From: Solirubrobacteraceae bacterium
GTDB taxonomy: Bacteria > Actinomycetota > Thermoleophilia > Solirubrobacterales > Solirubrobacteraceae
NCBI GenBank assembly: GCA_017744415.1
Contig: JAGIBJ010000139.1
Coordinates: 15,023 to 79,022 of the forward strand
Reading direction: 5' to 3'
Length of the DNA stretch: 64,000 nucleotides
Shown here piece by piece: positions 43,031-52,105 of this stretch. Within the stretch, counting starts at the first letter, position 1; every line of letters starts with the position of its first letter. Both the position numbers and the translations under genes were made by a program. The notes under the pieces are model-generated. The model made no database searches. It saw only the letters and a program-made list of their open reading frames with translations, and had not been told where the DNA came from.

Positions 43031-44332
43031 TCAGCCAGCGCTGGCCTCGGCGACGGCACGCTCGCGCGTCGTGCGGCCGTGGCCGGTGTTGGGGGCGCCA
43101 TCGGGGCGCGGCGGCGGCGGGTTCTTGCGGGGGCGGTAACGCAGCTGCGTCGACGGGTCCCAGAGGCGCACGTTGAGGCCGTCGCTGCCGTCCTCGGTGC
43201 CCACCTCGGTCGGCGGGCCGTCGACGCGCTCGGCGCCGATGATCGACGGCGGCAGCTGCGGGGTGACGCCGCGCTCGGCGACGCCCGCATCCCACTCGGC
43301 CTGGTCCATGAAGGTCTCGATGACGTTCGGCGTCTCGCCCGAGAGCCAGCCGTCGCGGTTGTCGGGGCGCGGGTTGGAGCCGTTGTCGGGCTGGCGGGAG
43401 ATGTCGAGGCCGAGGTCTTCGAACATCGCGCGATCCTGCTCGGGCGTGTTGCCGAGCGTGGTGAGGAAGTTGCCCATCATCACGCCGTTCACGCCGGCCT
43501 TGACGGCGAGCGGCTGCAGATCGCCGATGTTCTCGACGCGGCCGCCGCAGAGGCGGAAGAGCGCATCGGGGAGCACGAGGCGGAAGATCGCGATCCACTT
43601 CACGGCCTCCCACGGGTCCATGAAGTCGCGGTCGCCGAACTTCGTGCCCGGGCGCGGGTTGAGGAGGTTGATCGGCACCGAAGTGGGGTCGATCTCGGCG
43701 AGCTCGAAGGCCATCTCGACGCGCTGCTCGGGCGTCTCGCCGAGGTTGAGGATGCCGCCGACGCAGCTCTCCAGGCCAGCTTCCTTGATCGCCTCGACGG
43801 TGCGGATGCGGCCCTCGTAGCGGACGGTGGTCGACACCTCGGGGTAGTAGCTCTTCGCCGTCTCGACGTTGTGGTGCACGCGCTGGACGCCGGCCTCCTT
43901 GAGGAGCTTCGCGCGATCGACGCTCATGTGGCCGATCGAGATGCACCGCTTGAGGTTGGTCTCCTTGGCGACGAGCCGCGTGCCCTCGAGGAGCTTCTCG
44001 AAGTCGCGCTTGGAGAGGCCCTGGCCCTGGGTGACCATGCAGAAGCGGTGCGCGCCTGCGGCCTCCGCGGCACGTGCGTGCTCGAGGATCTGCTCGGGCT
44101 CCATCATCGCGTGCATCGGGGTCTCCGATTCGGCGAACCGCGACTGCGCGCAGAACCCGCAGTCCTCGGCGCACCCGCCCGACTTCGCGTTCACCAGCGA
44201 GCACATGTCGGTGCTGGTGCCGAAGCGGTCCTTGCGCACGGCCCACGCACGTTCGACGAGCGCTTCGATCTGCTGGGGGTCGCGCAGCTGACCGAGCTCC
44301 AGCGCCTCTACACGGGTGATCAAGGGGGCCAT
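43031..44332 (-). CDS. bioB: Biotin synthase with a ~115-aa C-terminal extension
   Basis: Radical SAM CAEDCGFCAQS and YNHN-like (RVHHNVET) motifs. The canonical domain ends near FEDLGLDI and a Pro/Gly/Asp-rich tail follows. Confidence 0.9.
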   Translation of the reverse strand: MAPLITRVEALELGQLRDPQQIEALVERAWAVRKDRFGTSTDMCSLVNAKSGGCAEDCGFCAQSRFAESETPMHAMMEPEQILEHARAAEAAGAHRFCMVTQGQGLSKRDFEKLLEGTRLVAKETNLKRCISIGHMSVDRAKLLKEAGVQRVHHNVETAKSYYPEVSTTVRYEGRIRTVEAIKEAGLESCVGGILNLGETPEQRVEMAFELAEIDPTSVPINLLNPRPGTKFGDRDFMDPWEAVKWIAIFRLVLPDALFRLCGGRVENIGDLQPLAVKAGVNGVMMGNFLTTLGNTPEQDRAMFEDLGLDISRQPDNGSNPRPDNRDGWLSGETPNVIETFMDQAEWDAGVAERGVTPQLPPSIIGAERVDGPPTEVGTEDGSDGLNVRLWDPSTQLRYRPRKNPPPPRPDGAPNTGHGRTTRERAVAEASAG

Positions 44333-44508
44333 TCCGCGAAATCTACCGGAGCCGCCACCCGTCGACCCGGGATGTGGGCCAGCGCGGTACCTCTTCTTGA
44401 GGGTGACTCAGCGCTCACAGCGCGCGGCTGGCACGAACATCGCGCGTGCGCATCGCCCCGGGTCCTGGTGCGGACGCCGGGGCCACAGGAAAGCGGAGTT
44501 ACCGGCGG

Positions 44509-45291
44509 TCAGCGGGTGAGGTCGAGCTCGAGCGGCGCGTGATCGCTCGGCTTGCTGCCTTTGCGCAGGTCGCGCAGGATCCGCACGTCGGCAATCCCAC
44601 TCGCCAACCCTTCGCTCACCATGTGCACGTCGATCCGCAGACCGAGGTTCTTGTGGAAGTGGCCGGCGCGATAGTCCCACCACGTGAACTGCTGGGTGTC
44701 CTCGCCCCAGCGCTGCACGTGCGCGTCGACCAGCCCGCCCTGCTCGAGGATCTCGAAGAAGGCCTTGCGCTCGGCGGGGCTCACGTGGGTGCGGCCTGCG
44801 GTCTCCACCGGATCCCAGGCGTCGATGTCGCGCGGGCAGACGTTCACGTCGCCGGAGATGATCACCGGCGTGCCCTCGTTCTTCAGGTCGGCGGCTCGGG
44901 CGGCCATCGCCTCGAGCATCTCGAGCTTCATGAAGTACTGCTCGTGGCCGAGTTCGCGGCCGTTGATGACGTAGACGCTCGCGAAGCGGATCCCGTCGAT
45001 CGTCGCCTCCACCCAGCGCGCCTCGCCGGGCAGCGGGTTACCGAACAGCTCGGTCGTCGGCGCCTCGATGGCGAGGTCGGCGCGCGTGAGGATCGCGACG
45101 CCCGCCCACTGTCCGCCCGAGCTTTCGGCGGCGTGGTAGCCGAGGGCAGCGAGCTCCTCGTGCGGGAACGCCTCGGGGCTCACCTTCGTCTCTTGCAGCA
45201 GGACGACGTCGGGCGCGTGCTGCGTCAGCAGTTCCTCCACGCGCGGCAGCCGCGCGCGGAGCGAGTTCACGTTCCAGGTGATGACGCGCAT
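44509..45291 (-). CDS. xthA: Exodeoxyribonuclease III
   Basis: MRVITWNVNSLRARL...LLQETK...GDVNV...SDHAPL. Confidence 0.9.
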   Translation of the reverse strand: MRVITWNVNSLRARLPRVEELLTQHAPDVVLLQETKVSPEAFPHEELAALGYHAAESSGGQWAGVAILTRADLAIEAPTTELFGNPLPGEARWVEATIDGIRFASVYVINGRELGHEQYFMKLEMLEAMAARAADLKNEGTPVIISGDVNVCPRDIDAWDPVETAGRTHVSPAERKAFFEILEQGGLVDAHVQRWGEDTQQFTWWDYRAGHFHKNLGLRIDVHMVSEGLASGIADVRILRDLRKGSKPSDHAPLELDLTR

Positions 45292-45305
45292 GCGTGCGGC
45301 GCGGG

Positions 45306-46145
45306 CTACTTGCCCTGCCAGTTCGGCTTGCGGCGCTCCGCGAAGGCCTGCACGCCCTCGATGAAGTCGTCCGACTGGAAGCAGTCCTTGCGTTCCTGGA
45401 TCACGTACGCCTCGAGGTCCTCGGGCAGCCGGCGGCGCTCGGCGAGGATCGTGCGGAGCACGCGCTTGTTGCCGCGCACGGAGAGTGGGGCGTTGCCTGC
45501 GATCTCGGCGGCGACGGCGACGGTGGCGTCGTCGAGCGCCTTCGCGTGGGCTTCCTTGATGATCTCGTCGCGGTGGCCGGCAGCGCTCTCGGGCACGGGC
45601 ACGAGCTCGTTCACGAGTCCCCACACCTCGGCCTTCACGGAGTCGATGTACTTGCCGCGCAGGAACAGGTCGCGCGTGCGCGCCTCGCCGATCACGTCGA
45701 GGAAACGCATCAGGCCGGTGTGCGAGTAGACGAGCCCGAGCTTGGCGGGCGGCATGCCGATCTTGATGTCGTCCCGGGCGACGCGCAGGTCGCAGCAGAG
45801 GGCGAGCTCGAGGCCGCCGCCGATCGTGTGGCCGGAGAGGCCGGCGACGACGGGCACGTCGGTGCGGTCGAGCGCCTCGACGGCACTGGCGAACGGGTGG
45901 GCGACGAGCGGCTCGGCGAGCTCGTTGAAGCGGTCGGCCGGGATGTTCCCGATGTCGTAGCCCGAGGAGAAGAGGCCGGGCTCGCCGGTGAGGATCACGC
46001 AGCGCACGTCGTCGGTGAGGCCGTCGAGCGCTTCGGCGATGCCGTCGAGGATCGGGTGGTCGAGCGCACCGCGCTTCTCGGGGTTGCTGATGCGCAGGCG
46101 CAGGACGCCGTCGGCAGGGGTGTCGCGGATCAGCTGGCCGGGCAT
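45306..46145 (-). CDS. Enoyl-CoA hydratase/isomerase (crotonase) family
   Basis: VILTGEPGLFSSGYDI, GHTIGGGLELALCCD and FIEGVQAFAERRKPNW. Confidence 0.9.
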   Translation of the reverse strand: MPGQLIRDTPADGVLRLRISNPEKRGALDHPILDGIAEALDGLTDDVRCVILTGEPGLFSSGYDIGNIPADRFNELAEPLVAHPFASAVEALDRTDVPVVAGLSGHTIGGGLELALCCDLRVARDDIKIGMPPAKLGLVYSHTGLMRFLDVIGEARTRDLFLRGKYIDSVKAEVWGLVNELVPVPESAAGHRDEIIKEAHAKALDDATVAVAAEIAGNAPLSVRGNKRVLRTILAERRRLPEDLEAYVIQERKDCFQSDDFIEGVQAFAERRKPNWQGK

Positions 46146-46428
46146 AGCGCGGCAGCCTACGCGGCCGGGCTTCGGAGCGCTGCGCGCGGATGGGGGAGGG
46201 CGGCGGTTACGGGATGCGGCGAACGGGCATGGTCTGCGTCGGAGGGCTGAGGGGCTGATGGATGCGAGCCGCCGGCGGAGATCCAGCGGCTCGCGATGAT
46301 GGGATTCCCGTGCACCTCGCGCGGCCCTCCTGCCCGCATCGCGAACTCGGCATCCGTACGAGTGTTCGATCGCGAGTGCGACCGATCGCTCAAGCCGCGC
46401 GAACGCCAGCCGATCAATCCGCACCGCC

Positions 46429-46487
46429 GGCCCGTTCTGGCATGCGTTTCTCCGGACACTGTGGAGCAACGCATGCCAGAACGGGCC
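46429..46487. repeat. 59-nt near-perfect palindrome (25-bp stem with 1 mismatch, 9-nt loop)
   Basis: GGCCCGTTCTGGCATGCGTTTCTCC-ggacactgt-GGAGCAACGCATGCCAGAACGGGCC. It lies in a ~400-bp non-coding region, about 60 nt upstream of the plsC-like start. Confidence 0.9.
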
Positions 46488-46545
46488 GGGCGGGGTGTGC
46501 GTGAGGCGGCGCTCCCGCCGTGGTCCCCAGCGGTACGCTCCTGCC

Positions 46546-47340
46546 GTGAGCGCGAAGCAGGCAGAGCGGCCCGAGGGCGACGACGGGCTCGTCAAGCTCA
46601 AGGAACAGGTCTACGTCGATCCGCGTCCGTCGGAGTACTTCGACCGCTTCTACGCGTACACGCGCAGCCACCCGAATCCCGGCTGGGTCTACACGACGGT
46701 GCGCGTGATCACCGTGGTCATGAGCCGCGCGTTCTTCCGGATCCGCGGCATCGACGCCCAGAACGTGCCGGCGAGTGGGCCGGTGATCATCGCGCCGAAC
46801 CACTTCTCGCACATCGACCACTTCTTCGCCGGCGCGTCGCTGCGCCGCAAGCTGCAGTTCATGGCGAAGAGCCAGCTCTTCGTGCCGCCGCTGCAAGGCA
46901 TCTACATGCGTGGGGGCACGTTCCCCGTGCGCCGCGGCAACCGCGACTCGCGCGCGATGGACATCTCGCGCGAGATCCTCGAGCGCGGCGGCGCGATGGT
47001 CATGTACTGCGAGGGCGGTCGCAGCCGCTCGGGCGAGCTGCAGGAGAAGGCGAAATGGGGCATCGGCCGCATCGCGCTGGAGACGGGCGCGCCGATCGTG
47101 CCGACCGCCATCCTCGGCTCGAGCCACGTGCGCAACTTCAAGAAGGGCGAGTTCCCGACGGTGACCGTGAAGTACGGCAAGCCGCTGCGCTTCGAGAAGG
47201 TCGAGGATCCGACGCGCGAGCAGTCGCAGGCCGCCGCCGACCAGATCTTCGACGAGATCAAAACGCTCTACTACGGCCTCCGCGACCAAGGCCGCGGCCC
47301 GGCGCTCGCCGCAGCGCGCGCGAGCCTGCGCCGGGGCTGA
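46546..47340 (+). CDS. plsC: 1-acyl-sn-glycerol-3-phosphate acyltransferase
   Basis: NHxxxxD motif (PNHFSHIDH) and EGGRSRSG. The GTG at 46546 is preferred over the track start at 46495. Confidence 0.85.
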   Translation: MSAKQAERPEGDDGLVKLKEQVYVDPRPSEYFDRFYAYTRSHPNPGWVYTTVRVITVVMSRAFFRIRGIDAQNVPASGPVIIAPNHFSHIDHFFAGASLRRKLQFMAKSQLFVPPLQGIYMRGGTFPVRRGNRDSRAMDISREILERGGAMVMYCEGGRSRSGELQEKAKWGIGRIALETGAPIVPTAILGSSHVRNFKKGEFPTVTVKYGKPLRFEKVEDPTREQSQAAADQIFDEIKTLYYGLRDQGRGPALAAARASLRRG

Positions 47341-47359
47341 CGCCGCCGCCGGCGGGACG

Positions 47360-47920
47360 ATGCCTTCCATGGGCAGCCTCGCCGACGATCCGATCCACGC
47401 CGAGCTCGACGCCCTCCTCGCGCCGCACCATGGCGCGCTCGGCGCCGACGCCACCGCCTACATCGGTCACGTGCACCGCATGGCGGGCCTCGTGCTCGCC
47501 CAGGAACCGGCGCCCGGCTGGGAGCCCGACGCCCGCGGCCAGCTCGTCGTCGCCGCGGTGTTCCACGATCTCGGCATCTGGCTCGACGGCACGTTCGACT
47601 ACCTCGACCCGTCGGCCGCCCACGCCGCCGACCACCTCCGCACCACCGGCCGTGACGCGTGGATCTCGCGCGTCGACCGGATGATCCAGCGCCACCACCA
47701 GCTGCGGCCCATCCGCGACGACGCGCTCGTCGAAGCCTTCCGCCGGGCGGATCTCGCCGACCTCACCTTCGGCCGCGTGCGCAGCGGCATCCCGCGTGGC
47801 GCGTGGCGCGAGCTCCGAGGGCACTGGCCGGTCGCCGGCTTCCAGAAGCGCCTCGCGCAGCTCACCGTCGCGCAGGCACGGCAGCATCCGCTGAAGCCGT
47901 TGCCGATGCTGCGCTGGTAG
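47360..47920 (+). CDS. HD domain phosphohydrolase-like protein
   Basis: It has an HD signature (AAVFHDLGIW) and the typical size. Confidence 0.65.
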   Translation: MPSMGSLADDPIHAELDALLAPHHGALGADATAYIGHVHRMAGLVLAQEPAPGWEPDARGQLVVAAVFHDLGIWLDGTFDYLDPSAAHAADHLRTTGRDAWISRVDRMIQRHHQLRPIRDDALVEAFRRADLADLTFGRVRSGIPRGAWRELRGHWPVAGFQKRLAQLTVAQARQHPLKPLPMLRW

Positions 47921-47995
47921 CGCGTGAGCGGGACATAACTGTGGCTACAACCACAGTTATGTCCCGCTCACGTCGACGGCTGCGCTGGTAGCGCG
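47908..47995. repeat. 50-nt perfect palindrome flanked by 17-bp direct repeats (MITE-like footprint)
   Basis: The direct repeat GCTGCGCTGGTAGCGCG occurs at 47908-47924 and 47979-47995. The hairpin CGTGAGCGGGACATAACTGTGG-ctacaa-CCACAGTTATGTCCCGCTCACG lies at 47923-47972. Confidence 0.9.
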
Positions 47996-48006
47996 ATACT
48001 CGTCGG

Positions 48007-48636
48007 GTGGGCAACGAGCTCCTCACCGCGTTCCTGGCCCTCGGCCTGATCACGATCCTGCCCGGCCCCGACGTCGCCGTCGTCACCCACGCGGCGCTCA
48101 CGCAGGGCCAGACCGGCGCGCGCCGCGCCGCCGCCGGCATCACGCTCGGACTCACGATCTGGGGCGTCGCCACGGTCGGCGGGCTCGCGGCCCTGCTCGC
48201 CGAATCGGCCGCGGCGTATTCAGCCGTGAAGCTGATCGGCGCGGGCTACCTGATCTTCCTCGGGGTGCGCACGCTCATCCAGCTCCGTGGCGACGTGCAC
48301 CAGGCCATCGCTCACGCAACGCCCGCACCGAGGGGCCGCGGGCCGTTCCGCCGCGGGCTGCTCACCGACCTCCTCAACCCGAAGATCGCCGTGTTCTACG
48401 TCGCCGTGCTCCCGGGTCTCGCGCCCGACGCCCTTGCTCTCTCCGCCGGCCTCGCGTTGCTCGTTGCCATGCACGTGGTGATCACGATCAGCTGGCTCAC
48501 GTTCTACGGCACGTTCGTCGTCAGAGCCGGCGACGCGTTCCGCCGGCCCGAGATCCGGCGACGGATGGAAGCCCTCACCGGTGCGGTGATGGTCGGGCTC
48601 GGCATCCAGATCGCGCTCACCGGCCGCAACGGCTGA
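48007..48636 (+). CDS. LysE/RhtB family amino-acid exporter
   Basis: It has a LysE-like N-terminus (LGLITILPGPD), about 6 TM helices and LLNPKIAVFY. Confidence 0.85.
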   Translation: MGNELLTAFLALGLITILPGPDVAVVTHAALTQGQTGARRAAAGITLGLTIWGVATVGGLAALLAESAAAYSAVKLIGAGYLIFLGVRTLIQLRGDVHQAIAHATPAPRGRGPFRRGLLTDLLNPKIAVFYVAVLPGLAPDALALSAGLALLVAMHVVITISWLTFYGTFVVRAGDAFRRPEIRRRMEALTGAVMVGLGIQIALTGRNG

Positions 48637-48750
48637 GCGGCCCGATCGCAGCGAGCCTCCGAAACGCCGGGCCCCTCTAGGCCCAGCTGTCCGGAACCTC
48701 GACCTCCCGCGGACCGGCTCCGCCCGGCGCGCCGTCGAGCGATCCGGGCC

Positions 48751-49959
48751 GTGCCCCGCACACTGCCTAGGATGACTGCCGCCACGCCCGACGCCGAGCA
48801 GCCCTGGACCCCGGAGGGCGACCCCTCGACCTGGCTCGCGCGTTTTGCGACCGACACGCCGTTCACGATCGGCGTGGAAGAGGAGGTGATGCTCCTGGAT
48901 CCCGCCACCTTCGATCTCGCCGGTGCGACCGCGAGCGCCAGCGTGCTCGCTCTGCTCGGCGACGATGACGCGTACTCGCCGGAGCTCCACGCGGCCCAGC
49001 TCGAGGTGAAGACGTCGCCCGGCAACCTCGCCGCCGTCATCGCCGAGCTCGGCTCGGCGCGCGAGCGGCTCGTGGGCGCGCTCGACGGTCGCTGGCGCGT
49101 GGCCACCGCGGGCGTGCACCCGTTCGCCGATCGACGCCCGCTCGTGAGCGAGGGCGAGCGCTACCGGCGGCTCGCCAGCGAGTACGGCCGCGCGGCGCTC
49201 GAGATGGTCACGTTCGGCCTCCACGTGCACGTAGCCCTCGACGGCGGCGAGCGCGCGGTGGCTGTACACGACGCGCTCCGAGAGCACCTCCCGACGATTG
49301 CAGCGCTCTCCGCCAACGGCCCCTTCCACGAGGGGGTCGACACCGGCTTCGCGTCGCTGCGCCCGCGGCTCGCCGAGGCGCTGCCGCGGCAGGGCGTGCC
49401 GCCGGCGTTCGGCGACACCCGAGGTTGGTGCGACTTCATCCGCTGGGGCCAGCAGGCCGGCGCCTTCGGACCGCAGGAGCTGTGGTGGGAGGTGCGGCTG
49501 CACCCGGCGTTCGGCACCGTCGAGGTGCGCGTCGCCGATGCCCAGGCCGACCTCGCCGACGTCGGCGCGCTCGTCGCGACGATCGCCGCGCTCGTCGTCC
49601 ACCTCAGCGATCGCTTCGATGCCGACGATCTGCCTGCGCCTGTCGCGGGGGAGCGGATCGCCGAGAACCGCTGGCTCGCCCTGCGGTACGGCCTCACCGG
49701 CGATCTGCTGGATCCGCGCACCGGCGAGGCGCGGCCGGCGCGTGAGATGGTGCGCGCGCTGCTCGAGACCATCGCCCCGGCGAGCGCCCGGCTCGGTGAC
49801 GGTGCGGCCGAGGCCCTCGAGCGTGCCGGGCACCTCGCGGCCTGCGGCGGCGCTGAGCAGCAGCGGCTGGTCGCTGATGCGCGCGGTCTCGCCGGGCTCG
49901 TCTCCTGGCTCGCCGACCGCTACGAGCACGGCGGTCCGGCACCGGCGCCGCTCAACTGA
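48751..49959 (+). CDS. ybdK: Carboxylate-amine ligase, glutamate-cysteine ligase family 2 (YbdK-like)
   Basis: FTIGVEEEVMLLDP, HVHVALD and WWEVRLHPAFGTVEVRVAD. Confidence 0.9.
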   Translation: MPRTLPRMTAATPDAEQPWTPEGDPSTWLARFATDTPFTIGVEEEVMLLDPATFDLAGATASASVLALLGDDDAYSPELHAAQLEVKTSPGNLAAVIAELGSARERLVGALDGRWRVATAGVHPFADRRPLVSEGERYRRLASEYGRAALEMVTFGLHVHVALDGGERAVAVHDALREHLPTIAALSANGPFHEGVDTGFASLRPRLAEALPRQGVPPAFGDTRGWCDFIRWGQQAGAFGPQELWWEVRLHPAFGTVEVRVADAQADLADVGALVATIAALVVHLSDRFDADDLPAPVAGERIAENRWLALRYGLTGDLLDPRTGEARPAREMVRALLETIAPASARLGDGAAEALERAGHLAACGGAEQQRLVADARGLAGLVSWLADRYEHGGPAPAPLN

Positions 49960-50032
49960 CGGGGTTTCGCATAGCCGTGCGCGATTGCTCCGGGCGCTGG
50001 CCGGAGCACGTGCACTCCGGTACGTTGCCGCG

Positions 50033-52099
50033 GTGCCGCCTCGCTCTCTGCGTCTCGTTCCCGCGCTCGCCGCGCTCGTCACCGCGCTGAGCCCCGCCGC
50101 CGCCGAGGCCGCCGTTCCGCACACTGGCAACACGTGGCTCCCCGCAAACGGAGCCGAGCTCCTCGAGGCGGTGTCGGCCGTGAACGCCATCACCGCGACG
50201 GCTGCGGCGACGACGCAGCAGATCAAGCTCACGCCGACGACCTACACGCTCACGGCGCCCCTTCAGCTCAACGGCAACACCCCGATCGAGATCGTCGGCG
50301 ACGCTGCCGGCGGGACGATCATCACCAACGGCGCCAACGCCCCGGCGCCCTTGATCACTTCGGTCGACCGCGAGGACGAGTGGCCCGTCGAGTTGCGCGA
50401 CCTCCAGGTCGACGTGCGCGGCACCAGCAGCGCCACCTTCGCCGCAGTGAGCATCGGCGCCCGCGTGGTGCTCAAGGAGGTCACCGTCGACGTGCCCAGC
50501 ACCGCGCCGTCGGTCACCGGCGTGCAGCTGCGCACCGAATCGGCCGCGAACGGCCTCACGGTCACGTCGGAGGCCACCGCCGCGCCCGCGGTACGCGCCG
50601 AGCCCGAGTCCGACCTCTTCGCGTTCGCCATCGAGGGCGGCGAGCCGTCGCTGCAGATCGCCGACGGGCCGGGCTTTCGCCGCAGCGTGACCGTGCGCCG
50701 CGGCCGCATCGCCGGCGGCCCGACGACCCAGCGGGTCCTCACCACCGCGGGCTCCGCCGACGAGCTCACCGTCAACCTGGCCGGCGTCGAGCTCTGGGCC
50801 GGCGACGAGACCGAGACCGTGATCGACGTCGCCGGGGCCACCGGCAGCACCGTGGTCGGCACCGGCACCACCGTCAACCTGCGCGGTCTCACCACCGTCG
50901 GCGGCCCCGCCACGACCGCCGACGTGCGCGTCGCGCCCGGCACCGCCGGCAGCCGCACCGACATCCAGATCGAGGGCCTGCTCTCGCTCGGCACCGCGCC
51001 CGCGATCGCGTGCGGTCCGGGCGGTCCGGCGCTGCTGATGGTCGACGTTCGCGGCATCTACAGCGAGGGCCCGCTCGACCCGGCGCCAGGCTGCACGATC
51101 GACGAGAACGGCCGCCGCACCGGCGATCCGAAGTTCCGCGACCGCGCCGCCGGCGACCTCGAGCCGCTCTGGGGGTCCGTGCTGATCGATGGCGCGCCCC
51201 AATACCCGAGCCCGGATGCCCGCGGCCAAGAGCGCCCGAGCGACAAGGGCTTCGGGCCCGTCGACGCGTGGACCGGCGACATCGGCGCGATCGAATACCA
51301 GTACACGCCCGCGCTGCTCGAAGAGGTGGCGTTCGACGAGCCGGGCAACCGCGGCCTCGTGCGCCTCGAAGCCCTCGCGCACGATCTCTCCGACGAGGAG
51401 GACGCCAAGTACGGCGTCACCTACCGCTGGCGGTTCAGCGATGGCACCGAGCAGTTCGGTCAGTCGGTCGAGCACCGCTTCGCGCTCCCGTCCGGCGTGA
51501 AGTTCGCCGACTTCACCGCCTCCGTCGAGGTGACCGCGATCGACGTCAGCGGTGCCGAAGACTCCGTCTACGTGCCCCTCGAGCCGTGGATCGCGACGTG
51601 CGAGCCCGCCACCGACAGCGACACCTACGAGCGTGGCGAGCCGTGCCCGGAGGTCGACCCGACACCGACGCCCGCGGCGACGCCCATCGCCACCGCCACG
51701 CCGGCGCCGTCGAAGGTGCCGCTCGCGGCGGCGACGCCGAAGCCCGCGGCGCCGTTGCTCGGCCGCTTCGAGGTGATCCGCGCCCGCACCAGCCTCGCCT
51801 CGAGGCGCGCGACCGGCATCGCGAACTCCCGCCCCTCGGAAGCATCGGTGCGGCTCGGCCTCGCCGACAGCGCGAAGCTCACTGTGCGCGCCAGCCGCCT
51901 CAAAGGCACGAAGGCGACCCCGGTGAAGGGCGCGTCGATCACCTTCGACACCGTCGCGGGTCGCCGCATCCTGCGCGTGACGCCCCGCATCGGCACCGCC
52001 CGGCTCCGGCGCGGCCTCTACGTGATCAGCGTCGAGGTGCGGCCGTTCTCGGGCGGCACGACGGCCGTGCGCACGTTCAACCTGCGCGTGGTGAAGTAG
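50033..52099 (+). CDS. Secreted repeat/beta-rich protein with a PKD-like domain
   Basis: Signal peptide (LRLVPALAALVTALSPAAAEAA) and a PKD-like segment (YRWRFSDGTEQFGQSVEHRF). The GTG at 50033 was verified by frame. Upstream track ORF sequence is out-of-frame junk over ybdK. Confidence 0.6.
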   Translation: MPPRSLRLVPALAALVTALSPAAAEAAVPHTGNTWLPANGAELLEAVSAVNAITATAAATTQQIKLTPTTYTLTAPLQLNGNTPIEIVGDAAGGTIITNGANAPAPLITSVDREDEWPVELRDLQVDVRGTSSATFAAVSIGARVVLKEVTVDVPSTAPSVTGVQLRTESAANGLTVTSEATAAPAVRAEPESDLFAFAIEGGEPSLQIADGPGFRRSVTVRRGRIAGGPTTQRVLTTAGSADELTVNLAGVELWAGDETETVIDVAGATGSTVVGTGTTVNLRGLTTVGGPATTADVRVAPGTAGSRTDIQIEGLLSLGTAPAIACGPGGPALLMVDVRGIYSEGPLDPAPGCTIDENGRRTGDPKFRDRAAGDLEPLWGSVLIDGAPQYPSPDARGQERPSDKGFGPVDAWTGDIGAIEYQYTPALLEEVAFDEPGNRGLVRLEALAHDLSDEEDAKYGVTYRWRFSDGTEQFGQSVEHRFALPSGVKFADFTASVEVTAIDVSGAEDSVYVPLEPWIATCEPATDSDTYERGEPCPEVDPTPTPAATPIATATPAPSKVPLAAATPKPAAPLLGRFEVIRARTSLASRRATGIANSRPSEASVRLGLADSAKLTVRASRLKGTKATPVKGASITFDTVAGRRILRVTPRIGTARLRRGLYVISVEVRPFSGGTTAVRTFNLRVVK

Positions 52100-52105
52100 C
52101 CGCCC

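Noticed and set aside
44333-44508. A BioQ operator (TGAAC-N3-GTTCA) upstream of bioB.
   Set aside because: I did not find it by eye in this region, nor upstream of bioA or bioD. The only similar palindrome (GTTCA-GAA-TGAAC, 6089-6101) has the opposite half-site order and belongs to the PadR/dioxygenase intergenic region.
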